A stretch of DNA of 64,000 bases, taken from assembly GCA_965248535.1 (NCBI GenBank), contig CBDFJR010000002.1:128001-192000 (forward strand). The letters are read 5' to 3'. A program made the position numbers and the translations under genes. The DNA comes from Phormidesmis sp. (GTDB lineage Bacteria > Cyanobacteriota > Cyanobacteriia > Leptolyngbyales > Leptolyngbyaceae). The notes beneath the pieces are model-generated. The model did no database searches, was not told the DNA's origin, and saw only the letters and a list, made by a program, of their open reading frames with translations. The number at the start of each line of letters is the position of its first letter. The first letter of the stretch is position 1. This document shows, piece after piece, positions 30,558 through 38,487 of the stretch.

Positions 30558-31177
30558 CTTTTTGTCCTCGTCATCGTTATCGTTAGCACGTAGACTCTCG
30601 CTACACCCCCCTGGAACGTGAGAGCATTGCACACTGCGTTCAAGGTTTCCCCAGACCTAAAGAGATCGTCAAACACCAAAAGAGACTGCTGAGCGTATCT
30701 TTGGTCAGCGACCTGAAACGCACCTTGCATTTGTTGCTGGCGAATTTCAGCGTCTTCTATATCTTTCAGCGCTTGTGTCTGTCTAACCTTGATGAGGTAA
30801 TCGTCTGGTACAGAAAGCCCAGTCTTCTCCCCGATCGCTTTCGCTAATTCTAACACTGGCTGAAAAGGGCGGTCTAATTTGGATGGTGGAACAGCGACGA
30901 TGCTTTGGAAGTAGCGAAAAACCCTAAAATTATTCCGGATATAATTTGCAGCAATCTCAGCCATTGGCTCGACTTTGCTACGGTCAAAATTATACTTTAG
31001 CTGATAGAGAGCTTCACCCAGTTCAGTACGGGTTGTATCAAACCCTCCATCACTCCGAGAAACGCTCGACACTGTATGTAGATCAAGTGCTACTCCATAA
31101 ATCCACGAACCATTAATAACTCTTGGGTCAATATTCACGGTCGAAGCCCGCCCTATCCCGTCTTGTGAAGCTCTCAT
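30554..31177 (-). CDS. ComF-like phosphoribosyltransferase (ShosT-like)
   Basis: LYQLKY, VPPSK..R.FQP, PRPP loop LVFDDLFRSGETL. Confidence 0.85.
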   Translation of the reverse strand: MRASQDGIGRASTVNIDPRVINGSWIYGVALDLHTVSSVSRSDGGFDTTRTELGEALYQLKYNFDRSKVEPMAEIAANYIRNNFRVFRYFQSIVAVPPSKLDRPFQPVLELAKAIGEKTGLSVPDDYLIKVRQTQALKDIEDAEIRQQQMQGAFQVADQRYAQQSLLVFDDLFRSGETLNAVCNALTFQGGVARVYVLTITMTRTKR

Positions 31178-31242
31178 TTTATCTTGTGTGACTATACCTG
31201 ATTACCAGGCCTAGATTGCCCACAAAATAAAGCGAATGTGCA

Positions 31243-31328
31243 GCCTAACGTTCCCAATCAGCGGCGACAGATATGACTGAAACGAAGTGCAAAGACTTTT
31301 TACGTCCGCTGCATTGGGGTTGTTATGC
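31243..31328 (-). other. attC recombination site (86 bp)
   Basis: Cassette strand: GCATAAC-AACCC-AATGCAGCGG ... CCGCTGATT-GGGAAC-GTTAGGC, 4 nt after the stop at 31333; unpaired base in the L arm. Confidence 0.9.
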
Positions 31329-31332
31329 CGCG

Positions 31333-32466
31333 CTATGGACACGAACTGTTTTTGCCATTAATAGTCCACGTATCGTTAGCGATCCAACCTGTTCGTCCTC
31401 CAGATGTAATTTCAAAATAGCCTTCTGTAGAACCCGCAAATTCTCTTGTCACGTAATCCGAGACCGTATAATTGCCAGAGCTTACCCTGATAAGCTCTTG
31501 ACTGAATCTGTCTGGGGCACTTCTTAAGGAAACCAAAGAATTATTAATTGCTACAACACATCCTGACGAAGCAATAGCTTGCCTCCTAGCTACTTCTGCC
31601 CGTTGACGCGCAAGCTCCTGTTGCCGTGCAAGTTCTTGCTGACGTGCAGCCTCTGCTTGCTGACGTGCAAATTCTCTCTGCCGTTCAGCCTCTTCCTGAG
31701 CAGCACGTTGTCTTGCAGCCTCTTCCTGAGCAGCACGTTGTCTTGCAGCCTCTTCCTGGGCAGCGCGTTGCCGTTCAGCTTCTTCTTGGGCGGCACGTTG
31801 TCTTGCAGCCCCTTGCTCGTCAGTGTTTGAGTTAGGGGGTACAGATGGCTTATTACCTGAACTTGATGGTAGTTGCGGCGAGACAACGGTGTTAGGCTTG
31901 CTAGGCTCTCCAACTTCGCCACCAACAGCTTTAGCAAATTTTAGAGCTTTAGTGTCAGAAATAAAACTTGCGACTAGGACTGCCTTCTCACCTGTTTGCC
32001 TAGTTGCGTTGATGGCATCTTTGCAGTACTTCTGCTTGACTTCATCTAAGTTTCCACCATTTATAAATACTGGATACCAAGTACTGTTGGAATCTGTAGA
32101 CTTATCCCCACAAGAGTCTTGGGGAAACTGAGGTTCACTGAGTTGAGAGTCATTACTCTGTTCAGGCTTTCTATTGATCGGGCTTTGGGTAGGTAACGCA
32201 ATAGCTGACGATTCCTCAGATTTCGGACTGAAAGTCCCAACTACTTTAATTCCAACCTCCCTAGCTCCATAAAGAAAGAGAAAAAGAGGTATTAATGCAA
32301 AAGCAACCTTTCCCCAGTGTCCGTTTCGAGAATTATTGTAGATGTACTGAATATAGTCTCGTCCGACTTGAATTAAATCTCTACCAGCTTGACCTATTTG
32401 TCCTGAATTTTCAGCGTTGTTAAGCTCGATATCCTGATCTACATCATGAGGCTTTTTCTGGCTCAT
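31333..32466 (-). CDS. Membrane-anchored protein: N-terminal SGQIGQAGRDL motif, TM, Cys-paired extracellular domain, coiled-coil repeats, C-terminal SH3b-like domain
   Basis: TM VAFALIPLFLFLYG; FPQDSCGD...YPVF...YCKDA...VASF...GGEVGEP; (AARQRAAQEE)n; VSLRSAP...YFEI....TGWI. Confidence 0.75.
   Translation of the reverse strand: MSQKKPHDVDQDIELNNAENSGQIGQAGRDLIQVGRDYIQYIYNNSRNGHWGKVAFALIPLFLFLYGAREVGIKVVGTFSPKSEESSAIALPTQSPINRKPEQSNDSQLSEPQFPQDSCGDKSTDSNSTWYPVFINGGNLDEVKQKYCKDAINATRQTGEKAVLVASFISDTKALKFAKAVGGEVGEPSKPNTVVSPQLPSSSGNKPSVPPNSNTDEQGAARQRAAQEEAERQRAAQEEAARQRAAQEEAARQRAAQEEAERQREFARQQAEAARQQELARQQELARQRAEVARRQAIASSGCVVAINNSLVSLRSAPDRFSQELIRVSSGNYTVSDYVTREFAGSTEGYFEITSGGRTGWIANDTWTINGKNSSCP
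31680..31811. repeat. 30-bp coding tandem repeat, about 4 units (A[A/E]RQRAAQEE)
   Basis: Repeats of GCAGCACGTTGTCTTGCAGCCTCTTCCTGA with variants. Confidence 0.85.
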
Positions 32467-32489
32467 AATTTTGCTCTATGGTTGATGAA

Positions 32490-32909
32490 TCAAAGTCCAA
32501 AGAAACTTTTTGCCACACCGAACCAAGGTAGAAGACCTTCAATAATTGGCTTTACCTTTCCAAATAAGCCTTGACCCGCACTAACTGTCTCATCTGCATT
32601 CTTCAAAACTTCAGTAGCCCTCTGCAAGCTAGTTGCTGCAAAATTCTTTTGAGGCTCTTTACTTTCTGCTTCTTCTTTCGCTGTCTCGATATGCCGAATT
32701 GCTTTGCTTTTCTCTGAATCGGACAAGTTTGAACTCCAAATTAATTCCTCAATTTGTGCCAAACCTGCCACTACGTCGGTAGGAGTCAATATTCCCTCAG
32801 TTTTGATCTGGTTCTGGGTCAAATCTCGTCCTGCTTGACCGATTTGTCCTGATACTTGACTACCGCTAATGGAGATGGATTGAGACTGGTAGGGCTTTTC
32901 TCCTGACAT
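32490..32909 (-). CDS. Small helical protein with N-terminal SGQIGQAGRDL motif and amphipathic C-terminus
   Basis: 139 aa; GGAG RBS upstream; ends GLFGKVKPIIEGLLPWFGVAKSFFGL. Confidence 0.78.
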   Translation of the reverse strand: MSGEKPYQSQSISISGSQVSGQIGQAGRDLTQNQIKTEGILTPTDVVAGLAQIEELIWSSNLSDSEKSKAIRHIETAKEEAESKEPQKNFAATSLQRATEVLKNADETVSAGQGLFGKVKPIIEGLLPWFGVAKSFFGL

Positions 32910-33067
32910 AGAACTCCTTATTTTACAACCGAGTAATATGGTCTGCTTCAGTATGCGTAACTTACTTCAGCTCTGACAGTACCCTTGAGGGTACTTTTCT
33001 CTGAAATAACTTGACTCTGGACAACAACAGATAACCTTCCAATTGCGTCCTTACCAAGAACTAAGCG

Positions 33068-33181
33068 GCATAACGATTGAGTTGAACCGCACCAAATCAA
33101 TCAAGCAACACCAACTTTAGTTGGTAGTGCGGTTAACCTTACGACTATTTGTAGCGTGTCGGTTCCAACGAAATGTTCTAC
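33068..33181 (-). other. attC-like site (114 bp) nearest intI
   Basis: Cassette strand: GTAGAAC-5nt-GTTGGAACC ... GGTTCAAC-6nt-GTTATGC, with an extra G in the left arm. Confidence 0.75.
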
Positions 33182-33233
33182 GGAACTGGGTGGATGTAGT
33201 GTTCCCAATGGGTAACATTTATATCCAGTTCTC

Positions 33234-33250
33234 GTGGAACTATTATGTGG
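33234..33250 (-). other. Candidate attI core (CATAATA-GTTCCAC on the cassette strand)
   Basis: GTTCCAC is one mismatch from the complement of the GTAGAAC box of the next attC; lies between intI and the array. Confidence 0.35.
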
Positions 33251-33465
33251 ACTGAAAGTTTCTGCCTAAGATCCCAATTTTAACGACTTAGCCTGAGTCT
33301 TTCCGCCCAAGTCCGAATCAAGCGACTTAGCCCGATATGATTTCCGCATAGTACCCCTCGACAGGGATCTTGGGCGGAAATCTTCAGTATTTCTTCCAAG
33401 AGAGAACCTGTTACCGTCCGCCTAAGATCCCGAATGACAGAATTACAGCCTTGGAACTCGCCGGG

Positions 33466-34431
33466 ATGGAACCACGACCCAGAAAGCTGCTCGAACAAGT
33501 CTCTGACCTGTTGCGAGTGAAGCACTATTCATACCGCACCGAGCAGACCTACGTTCAATGGATTCGGCGCTACATCCTGTTTCACAACAAGACCCATCCC
33601 AAAGACATGGGAAGTCCAGAGATTGAAGCCTTTCTAACGCATCTTGCAGTGCAAGAACAAGTGGCGGCATCGACGCAAAACCAAGCCCTCAGCGCCATTT
33701 TGTTCCTCTACCGCGAGGTGCTACGGCAAGAACTAGATGCTTCGATCGATGCTGTTCGAGCCAAGCAACCCCGCTATTTGCCCACGGTCTTGACAAAAGA
33801 TGAAGTCAGAGCCGTCATTGGCAACCTCAGTAGGGTGTATCAACTCGTCGTGCAGGTTCTTTATGGCAGCGGGGTGCGGTTAAACGAAGGATTGAACATC
33901 CGGGTCAAAGACCTCGATTTTGCTCAACAGCAAATCATCGTTCGCACGCCAAAAGGGGTTGAGAGTCGAGTCACGATGCTGCCCACCAGTCTAAACGAAC
34001 CGCTACATGAGCATCTGCAACGGGTACGCCGATTGCACCAGCAAGATTTAGCCCAAGGCTATGGAGCCGTGCATCTGCCGTATGCACTGGCTCGAAAGTA
34101 TCCGAATGCGGAGCGATCGTGGGTATGGCAGTTTGTGTTTCCGTCAGACCGTCGCTGTCGTGACCCTAGAACGGAGCAAATCAATCGCTTTCATCTGCAT
34201 GAAAGCGGAGTGCAGAAAGCCTTGAAGCAAGCCGTGTTTTCCGCAAGGATTCAAAAGCGAGTCGGCTGTCATACCTTTCGCCATAGCTTTGCGACGCATC
34301 TGCTGGAAGCAGGCTATGACATTCGGACGGTTCAAGAACTGCTGGGGCACAAAGATGTGAAAACGACGATGATTTATACTCACGTTCTCAATCGAGGTGG
34401 AAAAGGCGTGCGAAGTCCGCTTGATCCATAG
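33466..34431 (+). CDS. intI: Integron integrase (tyrosine recombinase)
   Basis: [23 protein letters not shown]; integron-specific insertion [12 protein letters not shown]....WQFVFPS; catalytic R (GVRLNE), HTFRH, LLGH, Y (TTMIYTHV). Confidence 0.96.
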   Translation: MEPRPRKLLEQVSDLLRVKHYSYRTEQTYVQWIRRYILFHNKTHPKDMGSPEIEAFLTHLAVQEQVAASTQNQALSAILFLYREVLRQELDASIDAVRAKQPRYLPTVLTKDEVRAVIGNLSRVYQLVVQVLYGSGVRLNEGLNIRVKDLDFAQQQIIVRTPKGVESRVTMLPTSLNEPLHEHLQRVRRLHQQDLAQGYGAVHLPYALARKYPNAERSWVWQFVFPSDRRCRDPRTEQINRFHLHESGVQKALKQAVFSARIQKRVGCHTFRHSFATHLLEAGYDIRTVQELLGHKDVKTTMIYTHVLNRGGKGVRSPLDP

Positions 34432-34520
34432 CGATCGGGCGTCCACTTCTCTCAAAAATGGTCGTTAAATACAAAAAGAGCGGACATTACATTCGCTCTT
34501 ATGAATTTTTGTAGAGGAGT

Positions 34521-35045
34521 TTAATTAGAAACTTCTGCAAGCTCTACAACGTGGCCTGAGAAGTCTTTAACTAAAAAATTAAGGGGTTTTTCACGCCGAA
34601 TCTTATGCTTTAGATTAGAGGCTTGGACGCGCAGCAAGATCTGATCGAGACAATCCCGATCGAAGCACACATGGCGCTGACGATCTTTCTCACCCAAACT
34701 CGCCCCCGAAATGACGTGAAGCTGCGTATTTTTTTTAAGCTGATACCACAGACCATCGTTGCCATTGCCCCGCGCTGTGGTGCTGCCCACATTGCCCGAC
34801 AAATACATGGGGCTAATGCCTGCGGTGCCTAGCGACTGCTCATAGTTATAGTAATAGTGCAGCGGCACATCTGCCACAGGCAGACTGAGCATCCCTTCAT
34901 AAAAGTCTCGTGCCAACTCCACATCTGACACCATCACCGTATGCACCTTGGGCGCACTGGTCAAAAACATCCACATGGCAACCGCATAGGCACCCAGCAG
35001 CATGACCATGATTCCCTGGGTGGAGAATAAGCTATCTAATCCCAT
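34521..35045 (-). CDS. Glyoxalase/VOC-like cyanobacterial protein
   Basis: N-terminal TM; VHTVMVSDVELARDFY, QLHVI, RHVCFD, VKD..G.VVELAE. Confidence 0.78.
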   Translation of the reverse strand: MGLDSLFSTQGIMVMLLGAYAVAMWMFLTSAPKVHTVMVSDVELARDFYEGMLSLPVADVPLHYYYNYEQSLGTAGISPMYLSGNVGSTTARGNGNDGLWYQLKKNTQLHVISGASLGEKDRQRHVCFDRDCLDQILLRVQASNLKHKIRREKPLNFLVKDFSGHVVELAEVSN

Positions 35046-35280
35046 AGAAAACCAAAACGAGTGAACGATCGTAGCGAGTCGAGAAATCTAGTAACTAGTA
35101 TCCCTGAGCTTACTCATTCTATCAAGCTCAGTTTGAGCAAATCCGTAACGAACTTAGTAAAAATTTAGAAATTCGAGCCATAATCACCCCACGGCGCTAG
35201 ATTTTGAAAAAAAAGATGTCCAAATCGAGAAAGACGCTGTATATAGTTACAGTGCACGTCCTCTAGTTTGAACCCAAGCT

Positions 35281-35946
35281 GTGGCTATCCCAACGTTTCC
35301 TGAAGCCCATCACCCGATCGTCAAGTCGCTCTCTCACTATAGCGATCAAGAGTTGCTGACGCTATTTCAACGCTACGCTGAGGCGGGGCAATATTTCACG
35401 GCGATTTTTTGCCGCTATAGCCCGATGGTCTATACGTTGATTCAGCATCGCGCCCGATCGCCCGTGCAAGCCGATTATCTGTTTGCGCTGCTGTGGCGAC
35501 ACATTTTTTATGAAATGGGCGGGCTAGATCTGCGGGCGTTTGGGTCAGAAGAAATCACGTTTCAGAGTTGGCTGATCAACGTCACAGCCTTGACCATCAA
35601 TCAGTCTGAGTTGCCCCCCGTCGAAGAAATTCACTACAACCTGCGGGCCATGTCGCCGCCCCTGTGGTGCTATCTCGATCGGGCGTTAGATCAGCTTCCG
35701 CCCACAATGCGGCTGATGGTGACATTAGCCCAAACCTTTCACTGGAGCGATACGCGCATCTCTGCCTACCTGCAAGCTGAGGGCGAACGCATTCCCCCGG
35801 CTGAGGTCAAAGCGCGACTGCAAGAGGGCTATCACCTGCTAGAAACGACTTTGCCAGACGACATTAGAGCCATCTATCTAGATGGGAACGCTAGTGTTCA
35901 AGGATATGGATTGGATTCAGCGCCACTAGAGGCTAGGCTGGACTAA
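35281..35946 (+). CDS. Sigma-70 (ECF)-like conserved cyanobacterial protein
   Basis: SDQELL..FQ, FTAIFCRY, FQSWL, ALDQLPP..R region-2/4-like pattern. Confidence 0.7.
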   Translation: MAIPTFPEAHHPIVKSLSHYSDQELLTLFQRYAEAGQYFTAIFCRYSPMVYTLIQHRARSPVQADYLFALLWRHIFYEMGGLDLRAFGSEEITFQSWLINVTALTINQSELPPVEEIHYNLRAMSPPLWCYLDRALDQLPPTMRLMVTLAQTFHWSDTRISAYLQAEGERIPPAEVKARLQEGYHLLETTLPDDIRAIYLDGNASVQGYGLDSAPLEARLD

Positions 35947-35991
35947 TCGTGTTTCCTTGTTCGCTTAATAATGTCGGGTGGAGGTTCTGAA

Positions 35992-37038
35992 ATGCGTTGG
36001 ATGGTGGCACCGCTTGTAGTGGGGTTGGGGGTTGCTCAGGGTTTGATCGGTGGCATGGTGCTGGTTCCGGGGGCGCAGGCATCAGACCTGAGTGATCAGT
36101 TGAGCATCAAACTCTATAACGGCACTCGCGGCACTGCTCGCACTGAAGCCGATCGCCTCGTGCGGTTGGGCAACCAGCAGAATCAAGCTGGGTTTATAGA
36201 CAAAGCGATCGGGTCTTGGCAGCAGGCGCTAGCCATCTATCACGACATTAAAGAAGTCGAAGCGGAGGGCACGACCTATGAGGCGTTAGGTCAGGCCTAC
36301 TCAAAGGTGGGGCGGTTTGCTGAAGCCGAGGATGCGGTGCGACGCAGCTTGGCGATCGCTCGTGACACTAAAGATTTTCAACGTCAAATCTATGGCTTTA
36401 ATAATTTAGGCACGCTGCTGCTGCGACGATCGAGCGTTGTGGAGGCCCAAAAAACTTTTGCCGAAGGTTTAAAGGTGGCCCAAGACGTGCAAAACCCGGC
36501 TGGGCGGGGCTTATCTCTGAGCAACTTGGGTTTGGTTGCCTATTCGCAGGGCAATTATAAAGAAGCCATTCGCTATTATGAACAGGCAAAACCCTTGCGC
36601 GAACAGGCTAAAGACCCCGGCGTTGCTAACACGCTGAATAATTTGGGCGATGCCTATCGAGCCATTCGCGATTATCGAACGTCTTTGGTCAGCTATCGGC
36701 AGGCGCTGTTTGTGGCTCAAAATAGTCTCGATCGTCCCAATCAATTTCGGGCTTTAGAAGGGCTGACGCGGGCGTTTTATGGGCTGGGTCAAAACTCCAA
36801 CGCTTCAGAAACGCTCGATCAACGATTGGCGCTGGCTCTAGAGCAAAACGATTCTAAACAGGTGATTGCAGCGCTGAAGGGGTTGGCGCAATTCTATACT
36901 GCGAAGGGCGATTGGGTGGCGGCAGATAGCTATTATCAGCAGGCGCTGGCGGTAGCTCAAGGTTTGAATGACACTCAAGAACAGCAGGGATTGTTGACGC
37001 AAATCGGGACGCTGCGATCGCGCAAGTTTACCCAATAG
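35992..37038 (+). CDS. Secreted tetratricopeptide repeat protein
   Basis: Signal peptide; repeated NNLG..Y...G.Y..A..YY.QAL units. Confidence 0.85.
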   Translation: MRWMVAPLVVGLGVAQGLIGGMVLVPGAQASDLSDQLSIKLYNGTRGTARTEADRLVRLGNQQNQAGFIDKAIGSWQQALAIYHDIKEVEAEGTTYEALGQAYSKVGRFAEAEDAVRRSLAIARDTKDFQRQIYGFNNLGTLLLRRSSVVEAQKTFAEGLKVAQDVQNPAGRGLSLSNLGLVAYSQGNYKEAIRYYEQAKPLREQAKDPGVANTLNNLGDAYRAIRDYRTSLVSYRQALFVAQNSLDRPNQFRALEGLTRAFYGLGQNSNASETLDQRLALALEQNDSKQVIAALKGLAQFYTAKGDWVAADSYYQQALAVAQGLNDTQEQQGLLTQIGTLRSRKFTQ

Positions 37039-37152
37039 AGCAAGGGTCGCCCAGTCTTCTCACAAATGCATCTGTGGGTTGAAGAGCAGCAGTAGACTTA
37101 GGGTATAGTGAAACCCATTCGCTGCATTGACTGACCCTGTATTTTAACTGCT

Positions 37153-38487
37153 ATGAGTGATTATCGCGCCAAAACTTTGAAGGAAGCTTTTCGTCTCTGT
37201 GATGTCGATCCTTTGTCGGGAGCGAGCTTAGAGCGCTACTATGTCGATTTAGTCTCGGTTCGGAAGGCAGAAGCGATTAATGAGGTCAACACATTATTAG
37301 ACTTTCAGGAGCCAGGAGACTTTTGCACGATTTTGTTCACGGGTCATCGCGGGTGCGGCAAAAGCACAGAACTTCAGCGCATTCGTCGCCAGTGGGAACA
37401 AGACTATCGGGTGATTTATTTAGAAGCCAATGAAGAAACCGATATTAACGATGCTGAATATACAGACTTTTATCTAATCGTCATTAAGAGAGTTGAGTCT
37501 GAGCTACGGGAAATGGGACTCAGCTTTGATCCAGGGCTGCTGAAGAGTTTTGAAAAGTGGTTTATGGAAATCACTAACGAAAATGAAGAATCGATTGAAA
37601 GCTCGGTCAGCATAGCGGCTGAGGCGAGTGTAGGAAGCCCGACTCCGTTTATTGCCAAGCTGTTGGTTAAGCTTTTGGCGCAGATTAAGGGAGCCGCGAA
37701 GCAGAAAACCGTGATTAGGCAGACTTTGCAAAAAGATATTTCTCGGTTGAAGGCGGATATTAATTTGTTGCTGCGCGATGCCTATCAAAAGATTAAGCAT
37801 CGATATTCAAAAGGTTTTTTGGTTATTTTTGATAATCTCGATCGCGTGCCGCCAACGGTTGGAAATCACCTATTTTTTGATTATGCGTCTCAGCTTCAAG
37901 AGTTAGATTGCACGACTATTTACACGGTTCCTATTTCTGTGTTGTGTTCTTCTAAAAATATCTCTAATAGCTTTGGTGAGCCGCATGTGGTGTCAATGGT
38001 GGGCATCTATCAACTGGTGCGAGATCGCTGTGAGCTTGACTATAACCCTGAAGGGCTGAAGGGCTTGATGCAGATTATTGAGAGGCGGGTTAATGTGGCT
38101 CACTTGTTTGAGTCGTCAGATCAAGTTTTAGCGCTGGCGCAGGCAAGTGGGGGTCATGTGCGGCAGTTGATGCAGATGGTGCGGAGTGCGTGTCTGAGGG
38201 CTAGCACTCACAAACACGTCAAGATTCAGGCGGAGGACGTGCTGCATGCGGTCAAGCAGCAGCAGTTTAATTTTGAGCGATTTATCCCTGATGATCACTA
38301 TTCGCTGTTGGCAAAGGTTTGTTTGAGCAAAAATATTACGAAAGATGAGACGGGACAGTTGATGTTGTTTAACACGTCAGTGTTGGAATATAACGGACTC
38401 GATCGCTGGAATTATCCCAACCCGGCTGTGCGGCAAAGTGCTTTGTTTCAAACCGCCCTTGATGATCTTCTGGCTCAAAATGCTTGA
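37153..38487 (+). CDS. P-loop AAA/STAND-like ATPase
   Basis: Walker A GHRGCGKST, Walker B LVIFDNLDR, SGGHVRQL. Confidence 0.85.
   Translation: MSDYRAKTLKEAFRLCDVDPLSGASLERYYVDLVSVRKAEAINEVNTLLDFQEPGDFCTILFTGHRGCGKSTELQRIRRQWEQDYRVIYLEANEETDINDAEYTDFYLIVIKRVESELREMGLSFDPGLLKSFEKWFMEITNENEESIESSVSIAAEASVGSPTPFIAKLLVKLLAQIKGAAKQKTVIRQTLQKDISRLKADINLLLRDAYQKIKHRYSKGFLVIFDNLDRVPPTVGNHLFFDYASQLQELDCTTIYTVPISVLCSSKNISNSFGEPHVVSMVGIYQLVRDRCELDYNPEGLKGLMQIIERRVNVAHLFESSDQVLALAQASGGHVRQLMQMVRSACLRASTHKHVKIQAEDVLHAVKQQQFNFERFIPDDHYSLLAKVCLSKNITKDETGQLMLFNTSVLEYNGLDRWNYPNPAVRQSALFQTALDDLLAQNA

Noticed and set aside
30558..30632. Longer DprA start at 30632
   Set aside because: It overlaps the PRTase; the ATGA coupling at 30557 is the more plausible start.
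21111..31177. comM + dprA + comF as a competence locus
   Set aside because: comM is in core HIP1-rich DNA ~7 kb away; the dprA/PRTase pair is an AT-rich attC-bounded cassette.
33370..33465. N-terminal extension of IntI from TTG 33370
   Set aside because: Integrase-like sequence begins at MEPRPRKLL (ATG 33466); the upstream part is the repeat-rich leader.
35238..35251. TGTA-TATAGT-TACA as an NtcA box
   Set aside because: Spacing is GTA-N6-TAC, not N8.
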